Shown: in pieces, positions 14,401 through 26,400 of the stretch
Position numbering within the stretch: position 1 is the stretch's first letter
How the letters are laid out: every line of letters begins with the position of its first letter
Assembly (NCBI GenBank): GCA_965655095.1
Contig: OZ296655.1
Span: forward strand, 31,310,001-31,374,000
DNA: 64,000 bases
DNA from: Haplodiscus bocki
Lineage: Eukaryota
Reading direction: 5' to 3'
The notes under the pieces: model-generated
Databases searched by the model: none
Told to the model about the DNA's origin: nothing
What the model saw: the letters and a program-made list of their open reading frames with translations, nothing else
Program-made: the position numbers and the translations under genes

Positions 14401-17400
14401 CAACAACTGTAGGTGCGGCCATATTGGACTTCTCCAAGTTGACACTGTACGGATTCCATAATTAGGAGATGAAACCCCGATATGGAGATTCAATGACCGT
14501 TGTTTATAAAGATACAGATCTCTCCTCTATCGCGTGGAAACAAACAACCTCTACTCTGATATGGGCAACTTAAAGCACCTTTTTGACCTGTCTGATTATC
14601 CAACCAGTCATCCCTTGTTCGATGCTTCTAATAAAAAGGCGCCCCTTACCATGATGATGAATTGCAGGGAGAAGTGTTAGAAGAGGTGGTGTGCTTGTGA
14701 TCGAAACTTTACAGCATAAAGTTCAACGGTGGAGTCAAACAAAGTGCCAGGGGCGTTCAGAAAAGTGTAAAGAAGTCTCTTCATCATGAAGCCTACCGTG
14801 AAGGCTTGTTCAATAAAACAACAAGGCGGAAAGAAATGACCCAATTGCATTCTGAAAATCATCAGATTATCGTCAATAGACTGAGCAAAGTTGCCCTCAA
14901 CGCGTTTGACGACAAACGATATCTCTTGGGGGATGAAAGCCAATCTGTTGCATATGGCCATGTGCAGCTAAATCAATTTCGTGGTATGTTTTTACTCCTT
15001 TCTAAGCGTTTAAGCTGGTGTTGTTTTTCTCCTTTTCACCATTTAAGAAAAAGTTGTTTTTTTTTGTAGAGGTGCCGTCGTTCGAAAATGATTGTGCTGA
15101 CGATGATAACAGCACCATTACATCTAACTGTGACGTTGTTGATAAAGAATCTACCGCCTCTTGCTCTTCCTCCAATTCTGAATACACTGATGACGAAGAT
15201 AACTTTTCATCTACATGTACTGCTACGTTTTCATTATCTGCTGATGATCACGCACCAAATGATGATCAACAGCCTACTACTTCGACGGCAATTTGGTTGC
15301 CCACCACCACCTCCATTCGTTCTAAATTTAGTTGGTAACGTTTTATTCATGTTAAGAGAGTCCATGTAATATTTGGGCTGGTTATTTGAATGTTTCGCCG
15401 CAGGTCCTATTGATCCCGGGTTCATCTCTCGATCTGACGATGAATGTTCTACTGCTGATATTGTTGATTGGGACAACTTGACCGATGATATTATGGAGAC
15501 CGAAATCGAAAAAGCGTCCCATAGGAAAAGGCGTTGTCCCTTTATAGATGACGAAGCTGTCGAGAGTGAGGGCGGCGGTGGCGATGATGATGATAATGAA
15601 AACTTTCAATGATTTTGACCAGAACCAACCTGCGTTTCGCCAACCAACAATCAAGTAAGCTGCCCCAGTTATGCTCAGAATTGAGAATAAAAAATAGCCA
15701 GCCTGATGATTTCAATTTTTTAATTCATTCTGAGTTGGCAAAATACCATATAGTATTTATATGAGTTTATACTTCAGTTCCAATTTACAGTGAGTAGTAA
15801 AAAAGCTCACTACATCAACTTCATGTATTTGCCTCAAGGGCTGCAAAAGAGTATTCAGAGTAAGGTAATCAATCTCTTCCCCCTCCTCCATAACTGAAAT
15901 GCTCTTGTGGCTGGAGGATGTGAAGCTAATAAAATGTTGAAGAACGTTGTTTTCAATTAAATAAAGGGCCATATATAGACAATGCAAACCGCACAAGTTT
16001 GAGGTGGGAGTTTGAATGGGTGAGCCAATTTGATAAACCTCCAGCATTTGACTGCCAAAAAACTTCAAGCGTTTAAAAAAGTGCGTATATTGTCTGGTAG
16101 GCATACCCATGCAATCCCACACAAGCACCACGCTCTTGTGTTTAATGTATTTATAGCCTACAAATCCTTCTTGTTGTGGGTACTGATCATTATTTTTAGT
16201 AGTCTTCATGGGCACTGCTGCAACAATCAATAAAATCCAGTGCCGTCCCATGTCAATCGACCGGGCACTGTTTACAGTTTGAAATTGGAAAATCATGTCA
16301 CATAGGTTAGGATGATTATTGCGGTTGCCACCACTACTGATCTCGAGATGAAAGTGATCTGCTGACCACACACCACCCAATTTGGTCCACAATGCCGGAC
16401 AGTAGTCTCTGGCCATTGCATCCAAAGTAATGTTATCCATTTATAAGTGACTTTATCGAAATGTTGCGATGCGAATCAATGTAAATTTGACTGAATCGTT
16501 CGCCAATGAGAAAGAATTCGATTCCCGTAATCAAAGCTGCGTCAAATGCAAGTTTGAGTGTGATTCAGCTCCAGTCAATTCAGGAAAAAATGTAAAAGAC
16601 TTGCTGGCCTCCCGCGTAGAGGGTAGATCAAACACAAGTATGGAGTGATTGTCTTCAAAATCTTGCATCAAAATTCCTTTGCCACTCCTGTTGAAACCCA
16701 ATGCTGATATTGTGTTGTAATATAAGCGTGTACCGTTGCCGGTATCCATTGGTGTACCGGCAATGGTAACACCGTTGCCGCGTTGAATTTCAACCTCTTG
16801 TAGGCCAAAATTGCCGTACGAAAAGGGCGTTGAGGCTATCGTAGTTCACGAAAATGACCATACACATTGTCAAGCGGCGAATAGGCTCGGTGCCGAAAAT
16901 GTTTTCCTTGACGAAGCAATTTTGCCCAGGTTGAATGATAAAACTCTTGTTTAGGTTTTGAATAGACGGGTACACAGCTGGGCTCTTTGACAACGCTCGC
17001 TCAATGCTCATCTTCACAGAGTCGGAAAGCTCAACCTTGTTCATAAACAAGGAGGCCTCTTCAATAACAACACTATAGGGTGTCTGGTCTGCAGCTTTAA
17101 TAGCATCTGCGTCCAGGGTCCCAACTGCTTCAAGCGAACAATTGATCGGTGCTCTGTAGAGACGCAAGTGAAGTGTCACACCTGGCAGCAGGAATCGTTC
17201 ACATTCGAAAAAATCCACGTGCGGCGCCCCGTACAAACTAATGCTGTAGTTGCCTCTCTTCGTGAATGCATCTATGATTTTGTCCTTTTGTTCCGCATAC
17301 TGCTTGGCGTCACCTCTGTACCCGTAGCCTTGACATTGGGCCCGAGTCTGTTTGCCTTCAGTGTCTGAGCTCAATTCAGTTTCTACAAACGCTGCATGGT

Positions 17401-20400
17401 GGTAGTTGTTGTTGCTACTCGAAATTAGTTTGCCATTCAAAAATAGCTCGACATGCGAGAATAGCGAATGTAATAGATTGTTGCCATAAATGAGTACTGG
17501 ATCGGTTCCGGGCTTGACTAGTGTTTTACCATCGGGTGTGTACAATGAAACGTCCAAGGCAAGACAAATTCTATTAAGATCAATGCAGTTTTTATTCTCG
17601 GCAATCACAAAAAAGTCCAACTGACGTCCCCTACACCCAACGTGTGGAAAGACTCCTTGATCGCAGGCACCTTCATAATTGATGAGAACGTTTGGTCGTT
17701 CAAAAAAGTCTAGCGCACTCTGGGTCACTGGGTTTGCAATTTCGGTTGATTTACTGTACATGTTGTCGTCGTTGCTGTTGACGCCATTGGGTAGTCTTGT
17801 GTTTGTTAGTCTGTTTGTGTGTGTGTATGTGTGTGTGCTTAGCACATGCTCCCCTCTGTATTTCCTCTTCTTTTCCACCCTCCTTTGTCAATTGTCAAAG
17901 TTTATTGTGGATAAAATGTCGGCCCGACTTCTTTTGGCGGTGTTTCGCCTCGAAATGACCACATCATTAGCAGCTGCTGGTGATTTTGCTTGCCCTCCTC
18001 CTACTCGTCCTCGCCGACCAAAACCACTACCCTTGGCATGTACCTGCGCGGCGCGCAGCCCTGTCGTCCGCCCGCCGCCGCGCAAGCGTCCCGGCCGTTC
18101 GCCGCGACCGGTCCCTCGGCCGCCCGCGGCCGGCGAAGCGGTCATGTTGGTCAGTGTTTTATTTACAGACTTTTTGAAGGACTCTTTAAGGACTGTTCTT
18201 GGTCGCTTGCGACTGGCCGACGTCGACGACACTAGTTCGGGTACAATGGATGTGAAAAATTTTTTACCAAGCTCTTTGGCCACAGGCACAACGTACTTTT
18301 TCACGAGTGGCATGGCAACTCGACCCATTCGCATTGCAAATGCTCCAATTCCTCCGCCTGATCCAAACTGTCGTGCCGGTCCTCCATAAACTCTTGCTCC
18401 TCCTCCTCCTCGCATTGAAGACAGTTGAAGAATTTGATTGTCATAATGCGAATCCATCTCACTGCCATACTCGCTCCTTCTCAAGTTTGTTGAAGAATTG
18501 ATAACTTTTCTTTCTTTCACGACGACCACCACATTCTCCGGTTGGCTCCGAGTGTGCAACACTGATTTTCAAAACGCTTTTTCAAAAAATGCTGACAAAA
18601 CCTTTGTACGAGAGAGAGAGAGAGAGAGAAAGAATGGCAGACAACCATCTCAGCGGCGCATCATGCTAGTCGTTTTCGAAATTGTAAGGTGACGTTTGTC
18701 CTACCACGGCTCAAAAATGGTACTAGTTGGCCAGTTTCGTTTCGTAGTGAGATTGAAATTGACTGTACCGTAGTCTTGACGATGCGTTTCCACTGTAGAT
18801 TGGTAAACATTTGATAATGTAGGCTAGTGAAAGCTGCCGGCTGATGATTAACACTGACCCTTGTTGACAACGATTTACTAACGTATGGTTGATTTTGATG
18901 GTGAAAAGTTGGTAGTGGAATGGCCTTCAGCAATGCAGTTTGGCAGTAGCAAAAAATCTCATTTTGCACGAGGTCGCAATAGATCAGTATTGTGTGACAT
19001 CCCGCATTCAAGTCTGTGGGATACTGACCAGCACTTTTTGTTGGGAAAGCATCATGTCTACCGCCACCATTGCCATCTTCACTACGGTCTTTCACATTTG
19101 AAAGGCTGCTGCTGCAATCGAGTAGCGTTGTCGTACCCTAAATGTTTTGCAAATCGGTCGTCTGCGCTTTGAGGATTAGGCGGTCATCGTTACTTCCACT
19201 AAATTTGACTCGTAGTGTTTGTATTTGAGCATCAATTTTTCAAGATATTGGGAATTGCTTGCTGCTGCTGGCCAACTTGTTGCGAAATACTTGCTTGCAT
19301 ATTGAATCCATTATAAGATCAATGCTCGAGTAGATTCCATGTTCTATATTTTCTACAGCTGGCGGCGCAAATGTTTCGCCCAAGTACTTATTCGGCGTGT
19401 ACATTGTAACCATTCCGGGACGGCGATGCCGTGGTGGTGGCCGTGCATCTTCTTCTTGGCAATTTATAAATTGGTAGGAAAAGTTCCCTTGAAGAACATT
19501 TTGTACAAGGCTCGGCCAAGACATTTCCACAATTGCCACCTCCCAATCGCCCATCAGTTGTATTGGATGTGGCAACAGAGTGGTAAAGTTTGCGAGAGTG
19601 TTGTCGGGAAACGTGGACATGGACGCGTTTGAAACTAAATCTATATTAAATTGCTCCTGGTGAGACATTTGTAGTTGTGTGTGTGTGTTTGCAAATCAAT
19701 TAAAGACGACAGCGACTAGTGTTGTGGGGATTCGCCGTTATTTTTGTTGTTAATGTGCTTAAAGTGAACCAATTCGGGTTCGTAAAATTTGCCTTGGATA
19801 ACTTGTTTGTTGCAATCGCTTATAGAATACGTTGGAGGGTTGAGTGTCTGGATGGCCGGAAAGGTGAAAGCTTCTTCGGTAAATTGTATGCGATAGCCAC
19901 GATGAAAATTGTCAATTTTTCGTCTGACTGACCTTCTGGCCAATTTTAAATTTTGGTTCTTGTACCTTGTTAGTTGCCTGTAGTGATATCGAGAATTGTA
20001 CGTCTTTAACATCCACATTTTTGGGAGCAATATGTGTAACACGATTTATTCTACCATTGATTATGCTGACAAACTTTGGTAGTTGATCCAAGTAAATGTC
20101 GGTATTGTTTTCATGAAGGTACTCGAATATTAATGCGTTAAGCGAACGGATAGTGCGCTCTGCGAAGACCGACTTTGCTTCACTGCAAGTTGACTAGATT
20201 GTGATGGAGCGTTCTCGGCAATATTCGGCAAACTCCCCAGCGAATTCTCTACCCTTAACCACCCAAATCTTTTCCGGTTTAGCGGGTACCTTTTCCTTCC
20301 CGCCACAAAATTTGGGTTGCATCTGCTGTCTGCCAGCTTGGCAACATGTAATAATTGCGTTTAGACCATCAGCGCACGACTTTGCACTTTTGCCTTTGAT

Positions 20401-23400
20401 CGGATATACCCAGAGAAACCTACTCTACGTGTCTACGGCCACAAAGAGGTATCCAACACCATCATTCACGGATGACAAATTTTGCATGTCCGCCAAATCA
20501 TCAGACCAAATTTCGTTCAATCGATAGCTTTGCACCTTGAGTCTAATGAAACGCCTTCTCGTTTGTTTAAATTTGGTATATGTTTCGCTACTTGCTAAGT
20601 ACTTGTCAACATCACTGTAGCTGCAGCGCGATACTGTTTTCAACGATTGGCGACTACCAAAGGCCGCTGGGTTGTCGTAATTTGTGTATATGCTATGTAG
20701 TTTGCTAAATGTTACCGTGTCTTTGTTTGCAGGCACAAGTCTTCTCGTGTGTGAACATTTGGTACATAAAAAGTCTTCTCGTACGAAAACGAAAACATTT
20801 ACCAAGCCGCAGCAAGAAAAATGTACCCAACCACAAACATGACACCAAATAAATAGTTTTGTTCGAGAACCCTTCCCCAAGTCTTCCAAACAGTTACCGC
20901 ATGTGTAGGGTGGTTTATTGTTTGCTGGTGCCTTCTTTTTGCGCATACTAGTGTCAATGCGACGTGTGTTGTTGTTGTTGTGCAGACTGAACAACTAGCT
21001 AGTGGCTTGATTCTTATGAAAATGAATTGGAGTCTCTTGTTTGAGCGGATACTACACAATAACCTACTAGTACATCTTGAACCATTTGTACTGGTCTGTA
21101 GTATTTTCGTCGGGTGCACTACGTTTCATGTCGTTTGCAACTTGCTTTGCATTGGCGTTTGCTATTAGGTATTCGGGTACCCTCAACTGACGAACAAGGT
21201 CGAGACAACCTTCACTTAGCCTCTTAGTTGGTACTTGCAAGTCGGACAGGAATGCAAAAATTGTCAAACCAGTGTCTCTATGATAGAGGTGCAGCCTTCC
21301 TGAATTTGAATCAAGGGTTACTGAATCACTGCCTTGTATTTTGCGAAGTATTTGACGAGCTCGTTCCACTTCTCCAGCACTCAATCCACAAGGTAAAAGT
21401 TCTAAGATCACCTCTGCTGAAATGTTGCGAGCCCGATCAGCACAGTCATTATGTTCATTGGAAGACGAGAAGGAAAATGGTGGCGTGTCTTTCAATTCTG
21501 CCCTTTTCTTTTTGTTTGCCTCAAATCTTGTCTGAAGGTTTAGTTGAGCCACCGCCGCAGATGTACCCGCCGCAATATTCTCGTTTGTTTTCAAGTGAAA
21601 ATCTAGGATTGAGCCGTTTTGAGATGGTTTCAAGTGTGTTGGTGAGGACTGCTGTTGTTGTACTAAACTGGTGCACTGATTGTGTGGCGATGCTGTGAGG
21701 ACGTTGTTTTGGATGTGTTGTTTAGTTGCCAATAGTGATGTATATTAATCTCGAGTTATTAATGCAAATTCTTTCACGCTACTGCTTGAGCTCATGGTGC
21801 TTCTTCAAATGATTTGAAATTGACGGTTGGATTAATGCCAAAAGCTTCAAGCCTTCATCTGACAAAAGTAGCCGACGTTTGAGGGCTATTTTTATACCCC
21901 TTCGGTACAAGCGCTCTATTTGCCTTTTATTTCGATCAAGTTTTTTCTTTGTAACGCTACTGTCCATTTTTACAAGACCGTGTACCACGTTGCAAATGCA
22001 ATCACAGAAAAATTTAATGTCATTGTTGGGACAATATGAAAGTAAGCTCTTCTTTACAATTGGTTTGAATGAATGGAACAAATGAAGCACATAATAGTCT
22101 CGTAGGCTCATTTTGTACAGTTTCTGACGTTTTGCTGGTTGCTATGAAAAAGGTTGATGGTCTGGCGCCAGAACAGTTGGTTGAAAATTTCAGTTTTGGG
22201 TCTGCTCGCGAATCCAAGTCAATCAACAAATGACCATAAGGTTTGAGTGTACCTTTTTTATATGTCTCCAGCAAAAGCTTTCTTTGACCCATTTGCCTAC
22301 CGAGAGTCGATATTGGCTCAACATCCTTCGGACTGTTGAAGAGAATCAGCTGACTAATATTTAAATGAATTGTTTTTAAAATTTTTGGTTTGCTGATAGA
22401 GATTGTGCTTCATTGTAATCAAATGAACATTTCGATGGCGTCTCGAAACTACCACCTCGAGAAATTTTTGACTGGCTTGTTGATAAAAGTCATTGATAAC
22501 AACCATTGTCCGTAGCTTTTGGGCTTCACACTTGTCAATAGCTGACCAATTTATTCCCTGGTAAAACTCAATTGAATTCTTTTCGCCCATCATTCTAATA
22601 CTCAGGGACTCATATTTCGGTTGAAAATAGTTATGAAAGTACAAAAATTTATCGAATGGTGGTTTGAAAACATTCCTTTGATTGACCAACATCTCTGCAA
22701 CCAGTTGCGTTTTGCCACAACCAGTCGGCCCCACAACGGAAATGAAAGTGTGGTTCGGTATCAATGCGTTTGTTCATTGACTAGTTGATGGGGGACGAAT
22801 AATACAGCCGACGCTCGCTGATAGAATAGCAAGTACACCTGACGATGTACTTGTGTTTGCCGGAGCAAGAATCAAGTAACCGATGCAAAACAGAATTACA
22901 GCGAAAATGGTTGAATAATGTAAGAGTAGGAAAGTAAACGCTCTATCACACAGTAATTGTTTTGTGCAACAACAACCACAATCGATAACAAATGGCGGTT
23001 TCTCAATATTAGTGTCATCAAATATCAGTTCTCTGACATTGGGGCCATCAGCCAAATCTAACGTAGTATCTTGAATAGTTGATTCGGAAACGATAGAGGA
23101 ATCACCATCATTTGTCATTGCAACTTTGGTAAATGTTTATTGTATGCAAATTAGTTTATAGGAATTGAATAACTTGATGGAAACCAAAGGTATATGTTGA
23201 AAGTGGAATCGAAACTGTAAATTGGGGAGAGCGTGCGACTGTCATTGAGATTGATTTTTAAACAAAATGGTTAGAAGCTATACTTCCGATAACCTTTGTT
23301 TGAAAAAAGTTTTAATAGGAACCGATACACCAGCCCAGTCAAATGACCCAGTAGCATGCTGTTAACAAAGATGGGCTTCTGTGACAACGCATAGACGTAA

Positions 23401-26400
23401 CCGAGCCCAACCTCATAATTGCGTTTCATAAAACCAAATGCGTCGTGAAATTTGGCATGCAAAAGAAACAATTCAAAATAGTTTTAAAATTTTTCTAAAC
23501 CGCTGTTGCCCGATCCAATAAGACCACCATATATTGCCAATTCATTAATTTCTAGAAGACTGATGTCTTTGTTTAGACTATAGCACACTGCTAAGAATGC
23601 ATTTTTTTGGCGTGTTTTTCGGAAATATATAGTTTACAAGGTTGAAATTATTCTCCAGAGCTTCACTACTTAGAAGGTGATGATGATGCATTCTATCTGT
23701 GACTCTCGCAAGGAAAAACCAACTGATTATCAAGAAAAAGTCTATTCAAATGGCTGGATAAATTGAGCATTTTCATCAATATATGAAAACAAATTTGTCT
23801 GATAATTGTTGATTGTGTTTCCTTGATTTGGCAAATCGAGGCATTCAAAACACTGGCACTGAGCGTTGGAGTAGCCCAAGTCGATTGACAGCGTGTTATT
23901 ACGATGTGATGCGTTGATGTTGTCAAAACCACGTTTCAACAGGTCAATGAAGAAGTCAATCACGGAATCTTTGAAGGGTGCATCAGAGCGTTGCAGCTCC
24001 ACCAGCTTTTTGCTAAGATAGCTCAGCTTTTCCAGATCAAAACCATCGTCAAACTCTGCGTAACTGGTACGATGGAACTCCCATGTTAGATTGAATTTAC
24101 ATTCCAGTCCGTTAGTTGTTGTGGCATTCATCATTTACTTGATCTTTTCACCATGAATGAAGAGGTTGTTTGTTGACAACGTAACTTCGGTTTTGAAGCA
24201 AATCTCGAGGTAAGTGATTGCATAGAGCTTAGCTACGCAGTTTTTGATTTTCAATATTTTGTCTTTTTCGGTTAGAATATCCCCAATTGTTTCTTTGATG
24301 AACTTTTCTGCTCCGACAAAAGATGTAGCAGAATGTGATAGTGATCGTTTTGTAATTGAGAGCATACGTCTTCTGCTCCACCAATCTTGCCGACTATGTG
24401 TTTTCTCACCGTATATTCACAACTTGTCGCCCTAAGCAGTTGTTTCAAAAAGCTACATAGGCTTTTGGGGAATATAATTTCGCTGTGATCTTGGCATTTT
24501 TTCTTCGATACTTTAGGAGCAGGTGGCTCAGAAACATCACCAGCTGCGACTATCTCTTCGTGTGTGTAGAAGACAAGGTATTGAAAGTGAGAAAGAACTT
24601 CACGGAAGACGCTTGTCATGGCGAAGATTAGACGTATTATGACCAACGTCTAAAGCCAGATATCTTTATCTTATCGTTGTTACGTAAGTAGAATTTTCCT
24701 TGATAACGTGTTCGGACGTTTCCGTTGTTATGGTTTTTCCACTGTAAAATGTACTTCTAGCACAGACCGTCCGTTGAAAAGTCGCGAGGTGGCTTTGAGT
24801 TGCAACTGTTGCGTTCGTATACGATGTTCGGACGGTTTGTGCCAGAAGGACATTGGAGCGAAGTCCGAATTAGACTATTTGTATTATTATAACTTTTAAA
24901 GAATGCCATAATTCGTGTTCTACAAACTGTTACCTCCTTATGACTTTACTTGGTTACTCTACCTTCTTATAATGGCCAATATATTGATGGAAATGGAAAT
25001 AAAGGTTAGACGTATCAAATTGAATTTTTGAAAAAAAATGATTTCTTTTATTTCCATTTTTTGGAATACATGGAGGCCCTATCTATACACTGAGGTCTTC
25101 ATGTGTGATAAAGGGTGAAGCAACATGTTAGTTCAACGTTTGCAGTCGATATTTCTGTTTATTTAGCTGTCAAGATAGAGAAAATTTATTGCGTGCCATC
25201 TACGGTGCGAACACCCCCCCCTATCCTTACTAATTTTGTGCATTCCCAAAAGAGCAGTTATGACATATAGTACAAAATACTACAACGAATACAGAAATAC
25301 AAACCTTTTCGAGCCTTAATGCTGAATGATTTAGCCGATTTAAAGGGCAAAAATATATATTCAAGTATGAATTTTATGTAACAATTTTTTTGAACCTGAC
25401 ATTTAAAAAAATTTTTCTTTATGGTACGTTTGAAGCTAAAGTTCGGCGTGTTTCTCAAAATTTTCGTCAATCTCAGTACTTAGTTCTTAACCGATAGGTA
25501 ATTTTTATCGACACTCGCCGAGTCTTTCATAGATTGATCATGATCGACTTCGAATTTGCATATTAACGAGGACCAAAATAAACTGACGTTTTTTAAAGTT
25601 GGAAAAATTGAGCAAAAATTTTCATGACGTCTTCCAACCCAGTACTTGGACTCTTGATCGCCTTGTCAAGATCTTAGATTTCTTGGCGAGATCTTGCCAA
25701 AAAAAGAGGCATTTGCATTGATTTCTTGAAACGACGAACAACATTCCGAACACTGGGGATGAAAACTCAAATGAATTATTTAGTTGTCGATTTCAACTAC
25801 ATCGCCTCACTCTTTCAGTTTCTGTTTTTTCTCTTCTTCGGTCAAAGGTTTAATCTCTTCTGTCGATTCAGAGAAGTTTGAGTGACTAGTTTTGGCTGCG
25901 TGTGCCTCTGCTTCAATTGTAGACCTCAGCAGACGGCCACAGTCCTCACACTTTAGAGACATGGCCACTTCCCCACCTGAGGGCGCAGCTGCTGCTTCAG
26001 GGGGCGAGGATGAATCAGATGGCGCTATTCCTACACTGCCCGGCGCGGAACCCAATACATGCCCTTGTGACAGTGCTGCCCCACCCTGAGATGCACCGCC
26101 TATTCCCGCATCAGGGTTACTGATAATCCTAGAGATAAGAGAAGATATTAGAGTTGCGACTACGAATCTTTATTCGATTCAAGGAATTTTACGAAGTCCT
26201 TCCAGAGACTGCTGATGTATTCAGAACTCTTAAAGTCATTATTGCCAGTCAGAAAATATGGAAGGAAGGTTGTTTTTGATTATTTGATTAGCAGGGATGC
26301 AAATGGAGAGCTGGTTACTTCATGAACAACGAATAAATACAGTAAGTGACGGGAAAATTAATCGTCAAGACGCATGTACGGTTTTTTGGGTATTTCAAAT

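Larger units (their letters stand above)
11132..15612 (+). pseudogene. E1 protein-primed family B DNA polymerase with N-terminal C2H2 fingers, an EndoVII-like insert and a spliced acidic tail; disrupted
   Basis: GSGW, SYIPTP, NYCFLYSV, ExoI YADLEA, HHCHYSG...HSRCNL, ExoII FHNLAQYDAH, KGFFPYNY, DVTSLY, KLMSNACFGK, YKDTD(S), DDKRY...AYGH. Multiple stops and frameshifts. Confidence 0.95.
10594..25234. mobile_element. Polinton/Maverick (adintovirus-like) element E1, full length (14,641 bp), decayed
   Basis: Begins AGTAGT; right end reads ...TACTAAT (expected ...TACTACT). TIRs 10594-10708 and 25125-25234. 6-bp TSD TTTGTG at 10588-10593 and 25235-25240. Encodes pPolB, protease, MCP, penton, integrase and ATPase. 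Confidence 0.97.

Noticed and set aside
15757-16440. Domestication of the protease because its ORF is open in both decayed elements
   Set aside because: Several other ORFs of 110-220 codons are also open, so survival is compatible with chance. A dN/dS test would be needed.
17679-18389. 236-aa plus-strand ORF, and similar antisense ORFs at 36042 and 36777
   Set aside because: These are shadows of GC-rich minus-strand core and penton genes with no independent motif.
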